Part shown: positions 41,257 through 53,999 of the stretch, one piece after another
How positions within the stretch are numbered: the stretch's first letter is position 1
How the letters are laid out: every line of letters begins with the position of its first letter
NCBI GenBank assembly: GCA_036172245.1
Contig: JAYWIR010000023.1
Span: forward strand, 248,001-312,000
DNA from: Raillietiella orientalis
Lineage: Eukaryota
Direction: 5' to 3'
DNA: 64,000 bases
Notes under the pieces: generated by a model
Database searches by the model: none
What the model saw: only the letters and a program-made list of their open reading frames with translations
Told to the model about the DNA's origin: nothing
Program-made: the position numbers and the translations under genes

Positions 41257-41819
41257 GTATTGACTGAAGAGAAGGAATTTCAGGTCTCTAATAGCTGTGA
41301 CGCTGCAGATGAATGCTCACCCAGTTGCCGAGGAGTTTACAGAGTTTCGGAAACTAAAATGGATTAACATTCAAGTTTGTGGCTCGTCACCATGCAAATA
41401 CTACAGAAAGGCTACATACAGAGAAGGCTGCAAAGATTGCAGAGGCAACAGTTCACCTCTAGGAGGATGGGGAGAAACTTTTCCCTCTTCGCTTCTCTTC
41501 TCTCACGCTTGGGGAGGGATCCCCCCCGGACGGGGGGATCGCACCTCCCACCCTGGTTGTCGCCGAAGGGGAAACCCGAAGGGAATCTCTCCTTCTTCAT
41601 TCTCTCCGGAGAAACACTCCCCGTAATGGGGGGTTGTCCTCTCCATTTCAACTTCTCCGAAGAGAACTCGGAAAGGATCCGCTAGTAGGGATTTCTTCTC
41701 CGGAGGGAACCCGCAAGGGAACCGCTCCTGTTCACTCCTCTGAAGAGAACCTCGAAGGGACGCTTCCGAAACTTAGAAGGGGCGCTGCAGCTTCCCGCAG
41801 GGAATCGCTCTCGCTTGCT

Positions 41820-44800
41820 TCCTTGTGCACTCTGTGAAGAGTGCGACGACTCGGAGGGTCCCCCCCGCAACAGGGGGGTCCGCTCCTTTGAACAACTGGA
41901 GAGGTGCCCGTGAGGGCTCCTGCTCCATCTTGAAACCGGAATGATCCCCCGGTGGGGGGGGGGGTCGTTCTCCGTTGTACGACCGGAGGGGGAACTCCCC
42001 ACTCCTTGATTCCTGGAAGGACCCGAAGGTCGACTCCCATTGTTCCGGCCTTCATCGGGGGCCTCCGGCTTAATCCACCGCCGGTGCCACGCCCGAATGT
42101 CTCGGCCAACCAGCGTCGTTATAGGAGAAACTCGCAATCCGACGACGCAGTGGCGTCAGAGTTTCAGCCGAAGTATTCGAACCCGCGACGCATGGTGCCA
42201 CACGCGGAAGCCTTAACCACAAGGCCTCCGACTCGGGCTCTCTTCTACTCCATGGAAATCATGGAGGTTGGCGAGGAAAAGGGAGATGTGTTGTTGGCTT
42301 TCGTGTCGCACATGTGCAGTAAGAAGCAAAACGACACTGGGAAATATCACCCAGCTTGCGCATTGAGTTCAATATCCAATCATAGACCTGTCCTGGAAAA
42401 TCTTCTGACAGCTGACTATGGAGGGCAGGCACAAATAGAACGAAATGTTTTTCGAACCACTTCAAAGCATCGCGAGGCTATCCGAATTCCCATGTCAAAT
42501 TTGGCATGGAACACTATGCATTAACCCCATTTTCCATAGAGTTCTCGCAGAAAGATCGACTCCTCTTGTTGTTCTTAGGTTTCATCATTTTAAATGGAGT
42601 GTTAGGAAACATGAGGAAGGAATACGCGGTACACCGATGTTGGTGGACAGTGGTGCATTCATCTGCCAAGTTCTAAGGTGAAACGTCTTGTTGTAAGGTG
42701 AACTGTCTAACCGGAAGTACTATACAGAAAGGAAAAGGACTTTGCTCATTAGATCCGTTGTTTTACATAGCAATTCATCTAAGTATTCTGAAAGCCTGCT
42801 TTCGGAATTCTGGAAGCCCCTGCTATTCTGGAACCTTAATGGCTGAGTCTGAAGAGCTTATATTTAATGGTCAAGTAAAATTTACAAACCTCAGTTAAAG
42901 TTGGCAAGAAAACTCCTCCATTAATGGGGTAATGATCGAAAGGGAACGATTTCTATTTTTAGGAGCGTATTTCTATTAATGATGCATTCGAGTTTGCTAA
43001 GGGTTCTGATGTATTGGTATTGATAATGTTATTTCTGAGCAGTGCTCGGGAATAGATAGAAAACGGACTATTATTACTACCTCCGTCCGTGAAGGTCTTT
43101 TATAAGAAAATCCATCTATACTAAGATATATCTGCGGATTTAATTTTGCGGATATTGTGTATGGATGCATCTCTCATAGAGGGCACTTCCGGGAAATGGA
43201 TAGTTGGCATAAATGCCGTGTTATAGGTATGCAATTCATTAACGCGAAGTGTAGCCATTTTTCGGAACAACCAAAGATATGGTTCGCATGCCACAAGAGG
43301 ACGCAAGGTCAGGTTAGGTTGCTCCTGTTGTGAGCAGTTAGAAATAGAGCGCAGTTTCCCAGAGGGACCACAATCAGAGTCTACGTGAGGAGTTTTTTCT
43401 TGTCTTCTCACGATGGCAGAGACCGAACCAAGGACTGCTTCCTTGAGAGCTGCCATGATGCAGCATTTCAGTGCATACCAATTGGTTGGCGCTGGAAGGT
43501 TCAAGGTGATGCCAGACCAGTTAGATGGAATTCAGAACCGCATCATCGATAAGTGTGAACGGCGAGTTTTGAATTCACATCAGGTCACGTGCGCACAAAT
43601 CGTGTTGTGACATTGCACATTGCGAGGTACTCTTAACCACCTAGTTTGGAGAGCTGGGATCATGGAAAGTTTCCACTCTTGTTCCCTAAATGAAAGCAGT
43701 CGAGGTATCTTTGAAAACGCTCGTCGCCCGAATCTCAAGCAACTCGACTTGCTATTAATCGAGTGGACGATGCCGACATTTGTAATTCCTTGACTGACGT
43801 TGAGTTCTCTTGTGTGCAGGATTGCTTGTAGGTTGTTCGAAGGGGGCCGAAGTCTGGAAATGTGGGTTGTCTTTCATAAGAGAACACGAGTACTCTCCAG
43901 GTTCTCATTTGTTGGTACAATATGACAGTACAAATTGCTCTGGTGAGGAAGGAATGCAGCAACTCCCTGGAAGAAACGAAGAGAGAGCCAAGAGTCCAGT
44001 GTTTCGTTGGGTCATACTGGTGACGACTGGAAGAAGGACGGTCATCAGAAGTGGTGTATTTTCTGGAGAAATCCTGTCCTGTAGTGTGCTCGTTTGAAAG
44101 AAAGGCAAAGAGAACTGGAATGGAGGTCCTTTGGTAATTTGAAACATGAAAAAAGTCCACAATGAGGTGTTGAATTACAAAGATGGTGGAACCGTAAGGT
44201 ATCATTTCTCAGAAGCAGTGCGTGTAAAAGGCACGTGCACCTTTTATCTAAACAGGAATGCAATCGTTTGATCAGCCAGTGGCTTTCATGAATGATAAAG
44301 AGTTCTGAAGACCGCAAACGCGGGTGGCGACCTTGCTGCCAATTGACACTCACACAACCCAATAAAGATGCTTCCAAAATTGCAAGCTATGGCGTCGCGC
44401 ATTTTAATTTTTCAAGTGAATCAGCAAAACAGGAGGCAGAATGGTGTGATGAAGAGAAAGGATGGAGTGTAGGGACCCTGTGGGGCGATGCAGAAAGTCG
44501 AGAGGAACGTTGAAACGAGGAAATCAGCAAAGGAACGAGACAAGATTTATATTTTTTGGCCGACCGCTTGGAGATGATAGGGTTGCGAACGCGAGGCGAT
44601 TCAGGAATTTGGGTGTAGCTGACACACGGAGAGTTCCGGCGTTTGAGTGACATCCTTCCAGGTGCATTCAGCATTTCGCGATGACAAGCATCAGGCAGTT
44701 CGACTGAAAACCAAAGTCGAAATTCCACTTCCAGTGGACTTTTAATATTTTAATGGTTGGTGCCCTTTTCGGTAGGATGAGTCGTCGTTAAAGGTTGAGA

Positions 44801-45870
44801 TACCCTCAGCTCGGGTTCCTGTGTATTTCAATGGGAGCGAAGTCTTGACGGATCTCCAGAGATGGGCTCCAGAGTGGATGCAACGAAGGCAAGTGCAGCA
44901 GGAGCCTTTGCAGAGGTGAGGTTTGCCTTAGTGAGGAACTAATTGATGAAAACTTGAATTCCACTTGTTCCCGGAGTGCACGCTGACTTTAATGGCTATT
45001 TCGGGAAGCTGAAACCTGAAAGCCAGTCGCCAATGACCTTTGCTTTGAGCTCTTGGGATGAGAAAGTGAGGCGCACGAGAAGTTTAGTTACCTGCAGCAA
45101 CTGCGTGGGTGAACTTCACCTGACATGCTGGTTTCTCGCCTAAATCTAAATATACACCATGTCAGGATGTCAAGGAGCAGACCTGGCTCCGTTAGAGCCA
45201 ACATATGGATGTAGGAGACTGTTCCACAGCGCGCTTGACAGAACTACCTGACCCTCCATCCCAGCTATTCCAGGAGGATAAGGAAGACAAAGCCAATCCT
45301 CCCCATCAATGAACGGATCCCTGGATCAGAGTTCCCTACCTCAAGGCTGAGGAAAGCTCCATCGCACCAAAGGATGGTTTCTTCGGCTGCAGGTCTTCGC
45401 TGCGGAGGAACTGTGACGGGAACAGGATTCGCTACCTCTGACGGGGGAAGAAGACAAGGCAGAAGAGGGCAAGCTCATATGATGATGGATCAGGAAGAGG
45501 GGAAAGTTCATGACCACGTGGATAAGCGTCCACGGCGGGCATGACTTTCTTCAGCTTGTGACCGAAGGCTTCGGTCAGGAAGATTTTCTCCAGAAGCCAC
45601 AGTAACTGAGGGGACTCTATTTCCCATTCCCTCAGCCAGGAGTGTGTGGGTGCAACTGCTTAGTTGCTCCTCGTCCTCGTTTCCCTGCTCTCTCGGGAAT
45701 CGAAAACACGCCAAACTGTTGGAGTGGGTCTTGTTTCCCTTTGTCGTGGAGGAACCGGGTGAGAATCCTAGCCCTTTGTGATAGAGGGAAACAGAGTATC
45801 CACTGAACAGCGGGACACTGCCAGGATGGCTTAAGGGTGACAGATGCGCTTGGACACTCGCAGGTCATCG
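41820..45870 (-). mobile_element. Decayed L1/Tx1-like element (fossil G)
   Basis: Minus-strand order: knuckle-like SWQCP (~45820), HVR*/SQELK (~45125-45050), SSHHSA (~44445), RLIASRV (~43750), QQEQPNLTLRPLVACEPYL (~43280-43330, RQGxPLSPLLFxxAxEP), CSMPN..G*PRD (~42490), PCCGG..LFTEC (~41830-41875). Confidence 0.55.
42163..42234 (-). pseudogene. Decayed tRNA-like sequence (nominal anticodon GTG)
   Basis: D-arm-like GGCCTTGTGGTTAAGGC, GTCGCGGGTTCGAAT B-box, and partial acceptor pairing AGTCG/CGGCT. T-stem 3' side and anticodon stem are decayed. Confidence 0.5.
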
Positions 45871-46238
45871 AAGGGGAAAGCGGCAGGGGGCGCTCATGTC
45901 ACCGCTCATGCCGTGCAGAGCAGTGAGCGTACTTACACTGTCCTACAGGTCATTCTTCGGAGTGAAAGAGACCTTCGAAGTGACCAGCTCCTCGTACAAC
46001 CTCTGGCCTGAAACCCTCTCAAGTTTTTTTTTCTTTAAAAAATGCTCCGGGAAAGTTTCTTCCTGCTCTCCTACCCATCACTTCATCTCACACGGAGGAA
46101 GGGGAGAAATGCGGTGATTCCTTCCTCCGTGCACGACAGGAGGGTAGCAGAACCCGGAGCGTACCCACGTCAGCACTGAAGGCACGTGACAAACGGCACG
46201 GAAGGTGGGAATAGGGAGCAGGGAATGAATAAGCGCGC

Positions 46239-46244
46239 TTTATT
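46239..46244 (-). terminator. Polyadenylation signal of the SLC7 gene
   Basis: AATAAA on the minus strand about 210 nt past the stop. Confidence 0.6.
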
Positions 46245-46456
46245 CGGTATTGTTCCCGGGAGTAACTGGAAGACCCTCGTGGACGTGGTGGTGACGCAGA
46301 CTGCGGATCACTGTCGAGGAGGGCCCGCACAGGGCCCGGAAGAGGGTAGGCCAAAGGGCAGCGGAATGGAAAGAGGTCGAGGCCAGGCAGTGGCGAACGC
46401 CGACGGCTCTTGTGAAGAGACGACCCCCTTCTGCGCTCACGCTGGCATCGCAGCCG

Positions 46457-49400
46457 TCAGCGCTCGCCTTCTTCCGGTGAGGAAGAGGGAAGGACCACCA
46501 TAAGTTTCTGCAGGAATCTTGTGGTAGCCTCTGGAAAAGAGACACGGCTACTACCGTCTGTACGGCGCGCAAAGACGGAGGGAGACACGGCGCGCGTACT
46601 CACGTGAGAAGGATGTGAAGCACGCCGGCTTATTCTTCCAGCGGAGAAACACTAAGTAGACGGGGATGCCGGACAGCACCAGCAGGATGCCGATCCCTGC
46701 AAGAAGATGATGCGTAGGCGCAGTGGCGAGAGTCCCCGTCCTTGTTTTCCCAATTCTCCCCCTCCTCCCAGGCAGAGCTTCCTCTTCCGGAAAGGGCATC
46801 GCCGTGCGGGACCGCGCCGCTTCCCGCTGGAGCAGGAAAAGGGCGGAGACCGAAACAACAGCGGACGAATGAGTCCTCCCACCACCCTCCCTTCTTCTCT
46901 GGGGGGAGGACGTTCCCGCGGTAGCCGCAAAGAGGAGCCGCGCAATGTCGTGGCTTCCTCCGAAAGCGCGGCAGTAACGCTCTTCAGAGATGAGCTAGTC
47001 GGCAAAGGTAAAGGGTGAAGGGGGCAAGAGGGAAGGAAGAAGCGAAACGCCTGGGGTGTCCGTTGCATTGGCTTCCCCCTTCCCGCACCGGATCGGCAGC
47101 GCGGAACGCTCCCCATCGCAGCGAACAGGCGTCCGTACAGCCCCTCCCCTCCTATAAAATCTGAGGCAACGCCCGGTTACCCGTCTCCACAGGACTGGCA
47201 ATGACCGGAACCACAGTGATGTACAGCGTTGCGAGGATGTAGAAGAATGGAAACAACAGGTTCACCCGGATGGGACGTTTCCATTCCGGCTGCTTCCAGC
47301 GCAGCCAAGGCAAGCAGAGAACACCCATGCCGATGGCCAGCCAGTTGACGAAGCTGACGTAGTTAATGAGTGCGACAATGTCCGAGGAGGTCAGATAGAT
47401 CAGCGACAGAAGCCCCTGGCGAGGGGTGGGTCAAATTCCCGCTTTGCCCCACCCCAATCTGTGCTCACCATCAGGAGCACCGCCGGAGCCGGGGTAATCC
47501 TATTGATCTGGATCATGGTCAACACGACAGGAAGCTGACCTTCTCGAGCTCCCGCGTAAAATAACCTGCAATGACGTCACAGGAGGAAGAAAGGTGGATG
47601 GGGAGCGGCGCTCGGACCCTTCCAAGGTCACTCGCGCCGCATTGGTTACCTGGAAGACGTCAGTAGGATGCCGTTTACAGCACCGAAGGTTGACATGGCG
47701 ACGAAGATGGGGATGATGATACTCATGTACCCGTACAGACGGTCCGAAAACGTCTGGAATGACGCCCCGAGGGAGAAGAGGCGCTTTAGTGACCCCAAGG
47801 CGCCCACTCTCCCTCCGTGCTCACCACTGCCACGGCCTCCGACCCCAGCATCTCCGCCGGGCTGAGGGTTGTGAAGAAGGCGACATTGGTCAGGACGTAG
47901 ACGCACGTAACCAGGGCGCACGAGATGTAGATCGCCCGGGGCAGGTCTCTTGGGTGTCCGGCAGCCGCGTTGTGGAACCTCTCCCTCCCTCCATAACTCA
48001 CCTGACCGGATTCTTCATCTCCTCGATGATAAAATTGAGGTAATTCCTGGAAGAGGGAGCCCTTGAAGCGGAAGAACCGGCAGAGAGCTCGCGCCAAGCC
48101 TGCGGGCGGCGGTGCGTCTTCCTCCGCAGCGAACGGCGCGCCTGCGACTACCTCGCACTCTCTCATTCCCCCTATCCCTAAGACCCCCCCTCCTTACCCA
48201 CCCCTTACACTGCATTCTGACCCCATCCGCACCTGCCCCATGCGACTGCCTTCCTCACCGCTTCCTCGACCCCCCACTCACCATCCGTTGTACGCGAACA
48301 ACCCTGAGTAGAAGGACAGAGAGATCTTCCGGAAGTCCGTCTCGGAGTTGTCGAACGTGAAGTACTGGAACTGACCTGAGGGCGGGGGAAGAAGAAGAGG
48401 GTGAGAGCCCCTCCTAGTTGTGCGAGTGTGTGAGGGGTGGTGATGAGGTGAGAATCGGACGGGCGCTTCTGGATCCTCCTTCCGGGAGGCGAACTGCTTC
48501 TCCCCTTTGCCCCGAACGGGGAAGCATGGGGAGAGGAACTTCCGCCACTTTCCTGAAGAGGTGCCTCAAGAGCGGGAGGGGAGCGACCCTTCCGAATGCA
48601 GAAGGGTAGCTGCTCAATCGGCATTCCGGATGCAACGCGGCGAGACTTCTGCCAGGAAGAATGCAGCCGCCCGGTTCACTCTGGCTGCGATCACCGTGAA
48701 CAAGGTGACCCGACAGAGGCACCCCGAAAGAATCTGGCGCGGGACGGCTCCGACCTCCGCAGCCCGCGCCCAAGGCCGGATCCGCCCGTCGAGCGAGCGA
48801 GGAGGGGCGGATTCCTCCGCCCCCTAGGCAGGGAGGCGCGGACCTTGACCTCTCGCCCGGCGCGGACACGGCGTGTACCCCCGCGCCGCCACCCCCTGAA
48901 GACCAAACAATGCGCGAGCTGCATCGATCCGCGTCGGGATCGACGCCCCCGCTACAGAAGCAGATGCTCGGGCGGAAAAACTGCCCTCGCCCCGTAGGCG
49001 CCCGGCGGTGATGACCGGGAAAGGGGAGGAGCAAGAGCGGCAGACTCCTGGCCCGGAGGAGACGGAGGGGAGAGAAGGGGGAGGAGGTGCGAACACACCA
49101 GCAAGGAAGCCGCGTGGAGGGGAGAAGATCGCCTGAAGGGAGGCACGGAACGAGGTCGGGCAGGGCCTTCGTGGCCATCGACGACTTCCGTGGCCTGGGA
49201 ACCGAGCAACACTTGCTGACTGCCTTCCTGACTGCCTTCTCTGCCAACTCCTGGCGGCGGGGTCGGGAAAGCGGGAGGGGAAGGACGGGAAGCCTCGGAG
49301 GAGAGAGGGAGAACGTGGAGAACACGCCGCCGCGGCAGTCTAGCGTCCCCATGCCAACCGCGCGCGCCGCATCCCTCTTCCGGGCTGCGACTTTTAGCGC

Positions 49401-51735
49401 GAGCGGCAGCGGCGCTTCCGTGGGAACCGGAGAAGGTGACGTAAGTGCGCGCGAGCTTCTCCCCGTCGGCAAGCTTGGCAGGGGGTAGGGAGAGCTAATG
49501 TCACCGGCAGCACGCGCGGCCGGACTTGGGCCGGCACCCCCGAGAGGAGGGGGCGATCTTCCTGCCTGAGACGGCCTCCCCCCAGGCACGATGCCGGGTG
49601 GGCGGCAGGAGGTGAGGGCGCTCGGGCCGAAGGTTTGCTGAGGCGGGAGAGACGCGAGAGAGAGCCTGGGGTGCGTTCCAGGCGCCACCTCCCAAAGCAT
49701 GGGGCAGGGGGTGGGAAATACGCGAAGGAACCAGCGTTTCCGTGGCACCCAGACGAGACCTGGACGGGGCACGCCGATGGTGGTCACCAGCATCACCAGC
49801 GGGACTCACTGGAAAGCAATGCGTTCGCGAACAGCCTACGGCGCGCTTTGTGGGCTAGAACAGGTGCCGCAGGTCGTGTCGTCCTGCCAGGGCCGGGGCG
49901 GGCGATGTGGGGAGGGGCCGCAGGACGCGTCGGCAGGAAGTATGATGGTAAGGGTGAGGAGTGGAAGAGGTCACGCACCCCCAGGCGGTGGCCGCCCGCC
50001 GGACGTACCTTTGGCCAGCTGCACCACTCCCGTGATGATGATGATGACCAGCGCCAGCAGCTTGGCGTACGTGAAGACGTCCTGCACTCGAGTCGCCCAC
50101 TTGACCTTCCAGCAGTTAATGAAGGTAAGAATGGCTACGGAGAAGAAAAGTTATGCAGTTCGCCTTCTCCCCTGTTTCCTTCCTGCATGGATAGGGGCGC
50201 GGGTGGGCGGGCGTGGGGCGAGGACCCGGAATCACGGTGGCGTGACATCCTCGGAGACATCGTCTGGAGGTCGCGCGCGCCGGGGAAGGAAGCGGCGCAC
50301 AGGCGCGGCTTCGAGGGAGCAGTTCGCCCGCGCTTTGGAGCTGGCCGGGTACCGATCGATAGGCTCCTCTGGAAAGGCCTTCTCCCTGTGCCACCGGACT
50401 CCCGCGCGCGCTTCCCCCCTTGCTCGAGCGCGGCCTCGACCGCCTGGGACCCGCCACTCCCGCCTCGGGAAGGGAGGGAGGGACGGATGTCCCCTGAAAA
50501 GACGACGCCCGAGGGAGAGCGCCTGCCACCCTAGCGAGGCCGCCTCCGGGAAGTCGGCCCCTCGTGGGTCCTCTGGGATGGTGGAGACACCCCGGAGCTT
50601 TTTGCGCCACCGGCGCGAGGCGTCGCGCGCATCTCCGCCCCGCGAGAGGGCGTCGTCGTCACCTGCGGTGCGCTTCCGAGCACGGCGGTGCGCCGCCGGG
50701 ATTCGATTGCCCGCGCACGGGTGTCCTCCGGGGGGGCGCCGAAGTGGCTGGGGGACGGACGCGCGCTTCCAACGTTCCCTGCCCGGGCGAGATTCCTCGG
50801 GGCACGAAAGGAAATCGCGTCGCGGAACTGGCGGCTGCCGCCGCTCCGGAAGGAGCCCCGGGGAAGACACGCGCGCTCTCCCGTCGCGGAATGCGTGCGG
50901 TCAGATAGAGATAGCCGGAGGCGGCCTCCCACGATGGAGGAGGAGGAGGGGCGGACGGCAGGAGTGCGTTCATGCCGAACAGGGCGTGGGCCGCCGCCTC
51001 GGGACAGCACGTTGCGGGCTCGCACGCGAGGGGGGGGGATCCAAGCACCAGGGGCCCTCCAACAACGGCTGCGCGCCTCCTCCCTCTCTGGGGGACCACC
51101 GCCCCCTCCCTTCCCCACTCACCTATGCAGCACGCCGCCAGCAGGCGCTGGGCCTGCTCTGGGGACTCGCAGGTGGAGAATAGGGGCCGCAGAGCGTAGA
51201 CGCTGAAGGTGAGGGCCACGATGGCCTGGGAGCAGGGCCTGACGATGAGGCACTCGACCCAGAGGCGCATGAAGGCCAGGAACGGGCCGAAGGCGGTCAT
51301 GATGTAGGCGTAGTCAGCCCCGGAGCGGGTGATCATGCAGCCCAGCTCTGCGTAGCAGTAAGCGCCCACAGCGGAGAATAGGCCACTGGCCACCCACACG
51401 ATCAGTGCCAGGTTGACGGAGCCCGAATATCGGAGCACCCCCGAGGGGCTAATGAAGATGCCACTTCCTACGATGCTGCCCACGATAACAGATATGCCGT
51501 TTAGGAGGCTCATCTTGGCCTCCAGGCGCACGGTGGTCCCGGGGGCGCCCCGGGAGGAGGAGGTGGAAGAGGAGGAGGAACCGCCCTTGAGTCGGGAGCC
51601 CTCGTGGACTCCTCCTCCTCCCCCTTCTTCCCCGTCCTTGTCGTCCTCCTCCCGGCGCCGGGGTGGCCGCCGGCCTTCGTCTCCCGGAGCGACAGTCCTG
51701 ATGCTCCGCAGCTCGCAGCCGTTGTCCAGAGTCAT
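46457..51735 (-). CDS. SLC7 L-type amino-acid transporter light chain (LAT1/LAT2-like, resembling arthropod sobremesa/CG1607), 534 aa; exons 51735-51123, 50134-50009, 48375-48282, 48046-48002, 47948-47825, 47753-47650, 47565-47469, 47415-47181, 46696-46604, 46530-46457
   Basis: [27 protein letters not shown], heavy-chain-linking Cys in [41 protein letters not shown]. All junctions are GT-AG with consistent phases; total 1605 nt. Confidence 0.93.
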
Positions 51736-53390
51736 GGCACTCGCAAGTCTCCCACCGCACGTCCAAGGGAAAGGGGGGGCGAACGCGCCTGCGCACACTC
51801 CACTCGCAACAGCACGCGGCGACGAACAATCCCTACCAGCTACTGGTTCGCCGGCCGCGAGCTCTGCTTCGCTTGTTCGCCCGCTCGCGCGCGCGCCCCG
51901 CGCCTGCGCACGCGGGAGGGGCTGCTTTTGGAGGCGCAGGAGGCAGCCACCCCGCTGGCGGGGTTGCGGGCGCCCCCGTCGTCCCGATCCGAGCGGCGGC
52001 GGCGGCTCTTTCGCGCGCATGTCATGCGCTTCCCTCCCCCCTTCCTTCCCCTCACGTCGGGGCGGCGAAGGGACGCTCTCCCAGAGCCCCTCCTCCGTCC
52101 CTGCCCGACTGGACGAGAGGGCGCGGGAGCTCTCCTGAGAGTCCCATGCTCTCCCCACGAGCGCCGTTCCCACAGCAGCGTCCTCATAGGCGTCCCTCCT
52201 CGCGCGCGCGGGACCTCTCCTCCTCCCCCTCCGATCCGGCGAGGGAAGGAACTGCTGCTCCCTCTTTCCCTCTCCGGCGCCAGTAGATTGCCTGCGGCAT
52301 GCCATCCTCGTGTGGTCACCCCGCTCTTTCCTTAAGCGGATGTTTTCAGGTCGAACGGCCGCCCGCCTTGTATACTCCTCCCCCCAGTTTTATCCTAGAG
52401 TTCCCAGTTGTGCTGCCACCTGCCTGGAATTCCCCCCACGCACACATCGTCGCCCCCAGAGACGGAGCTGCTCCTTGGCAACCGAGGAGCCCTGTCATCC
52501 TTCCCCGCGAGCGCTTTCCGCTTTTCCAGGAGCTTCCCTCTCCTCTCCATCACTCGCAGCCAGCGGTCAGCGGGCTCATACTGCCGTGAGCCCGAACGAT
52601 GTGCGGAGCCGCGTCGTCAAGGAAACGGCTGGGTCTCTCGAAATTGCGGAGGCGTCTGGCAGGCACACGTGAGCGGCCTCAAGAGCAGCATGCCGACTCC
52701 CTGTGCTGCCAGATTCCGTTTCTCGGCGACTCTCCAGGGAACCTTCGGGGAGACTTCCCTGCCTTCCCGAAGGCCACTCGGGTCGCCTCCCACACGGAGC
52801 AGCCAGACGGCGCGGGCGGGTTTTCCTCAGGCGGGCGGCGCAAACGAGGCGGGGAGGTGCGTCCGCACGCCTCATCTGCGGCAGATCGGCCCGACCGCGC
52901 CGGTCCCGGCGGGCCGCGGAGGAAGGGAAGGAAAGGCCGCCGCCGCCTTGCGCCGGTTGGCTCGCCTGGTGGTGCGGTGCATGCCGATCCCTGCCTCCGC
53001 CACTTCCCCCCCCTTCCCCCCGTGGCGCGAGCCGGTCACTGCTCTCGGATCATCGTCTGACTTCGCTCGTGCCGCCGGTTCAGGCGGCTGCGCGCGACCT
53101 TAGGGCGGGGGGAGCGAACTTTCTGCGGACCCCCTTCCTTCCTCGCCCTGATGCGCCTGCCGCCCGTTCGCGGGCCTTCCCCCATTCTCCTCCTCCCTCT
53201 TTTTTTTTTTTTTTTTTTTTTTTCTCGCCGCCGTTTTCGCTCCCCACTCCCAATGCCCCTCTTCCATGCCCTTTACGTTCCCGAGTACTTCCGCTTTTCG
53301 CAGGGCGGCGCCGCACGCACGCCGCTGCACGTGACAGCGGGCGAGGGGATGACGCAGCCTCCGCAATGATTTCGTTCTTTCGGCCGGCTC

Positions 53391-53414
53391 GCTGCTGCTG
53401 CTGCTGCTGCTGCT
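53391..53414 (+). repeat. (GCT)8 trinucleotide microsatellite
   Basis: Read directly from the sequence. Confidence 0.85.
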
Positions 53415-53999
53415 TCGGTTTGATCCGCGGAGCTGCGGTTTCGACTCGGCTGTGGCCGAAGTGGCAAGGCCAGGCCGGGGAGGCACTGCGACTGCGGGCT
53501 GCCCGAAACGCTCCCATCCCGGTTATCGATCCCGATTGGTCCCCCTACCCCCATAAAAAAAACGGGATGGACACCCCAACGAGAGCGCAATCTTGGCTCG
53601 CACGATAAAAGTGGCACCCTATTTCCAGCTAGGCTGCGGAGGGCAGCCTATTTGTCAACAATGGTGCGTGCGCGCTCGAGGCTCGCAGGTTATTAATAGC
53701 CTCAGGGAGAGGGCGCAGACGCAAATAGCCCGGATGCACATATAAGGAAGCGCTCCCCCAAAAAATCGGACCGCATTTTCGCAACTTGGGATGCAGCGGG
53801 GAGGATCCGCCGGCGTTCCCGAAGCGCGGCGCGACAGGAAGCGCTTCTGGAAGCGTTGCTCGGAGCCAGCCGGGCGTTCCTAGGCACACCAGTTCGTCGA
53901 TGCGTGGCGCGCCGCCTCTCGAGCAGGGAAGGAGGGGAGGAGGAGGCAGGAGAGAAGGGTTGACGAGGGGTTGAGGACCCTCGCTCTACGATGGACCTT

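Noticed and set aside
48414..51183. Long ORFs 48414-49796 (-) and 49699-51183 (+)
   Set aside because: They lie in, or antisense to, GC-rich SLC7 introns and exons, with no family motifs.
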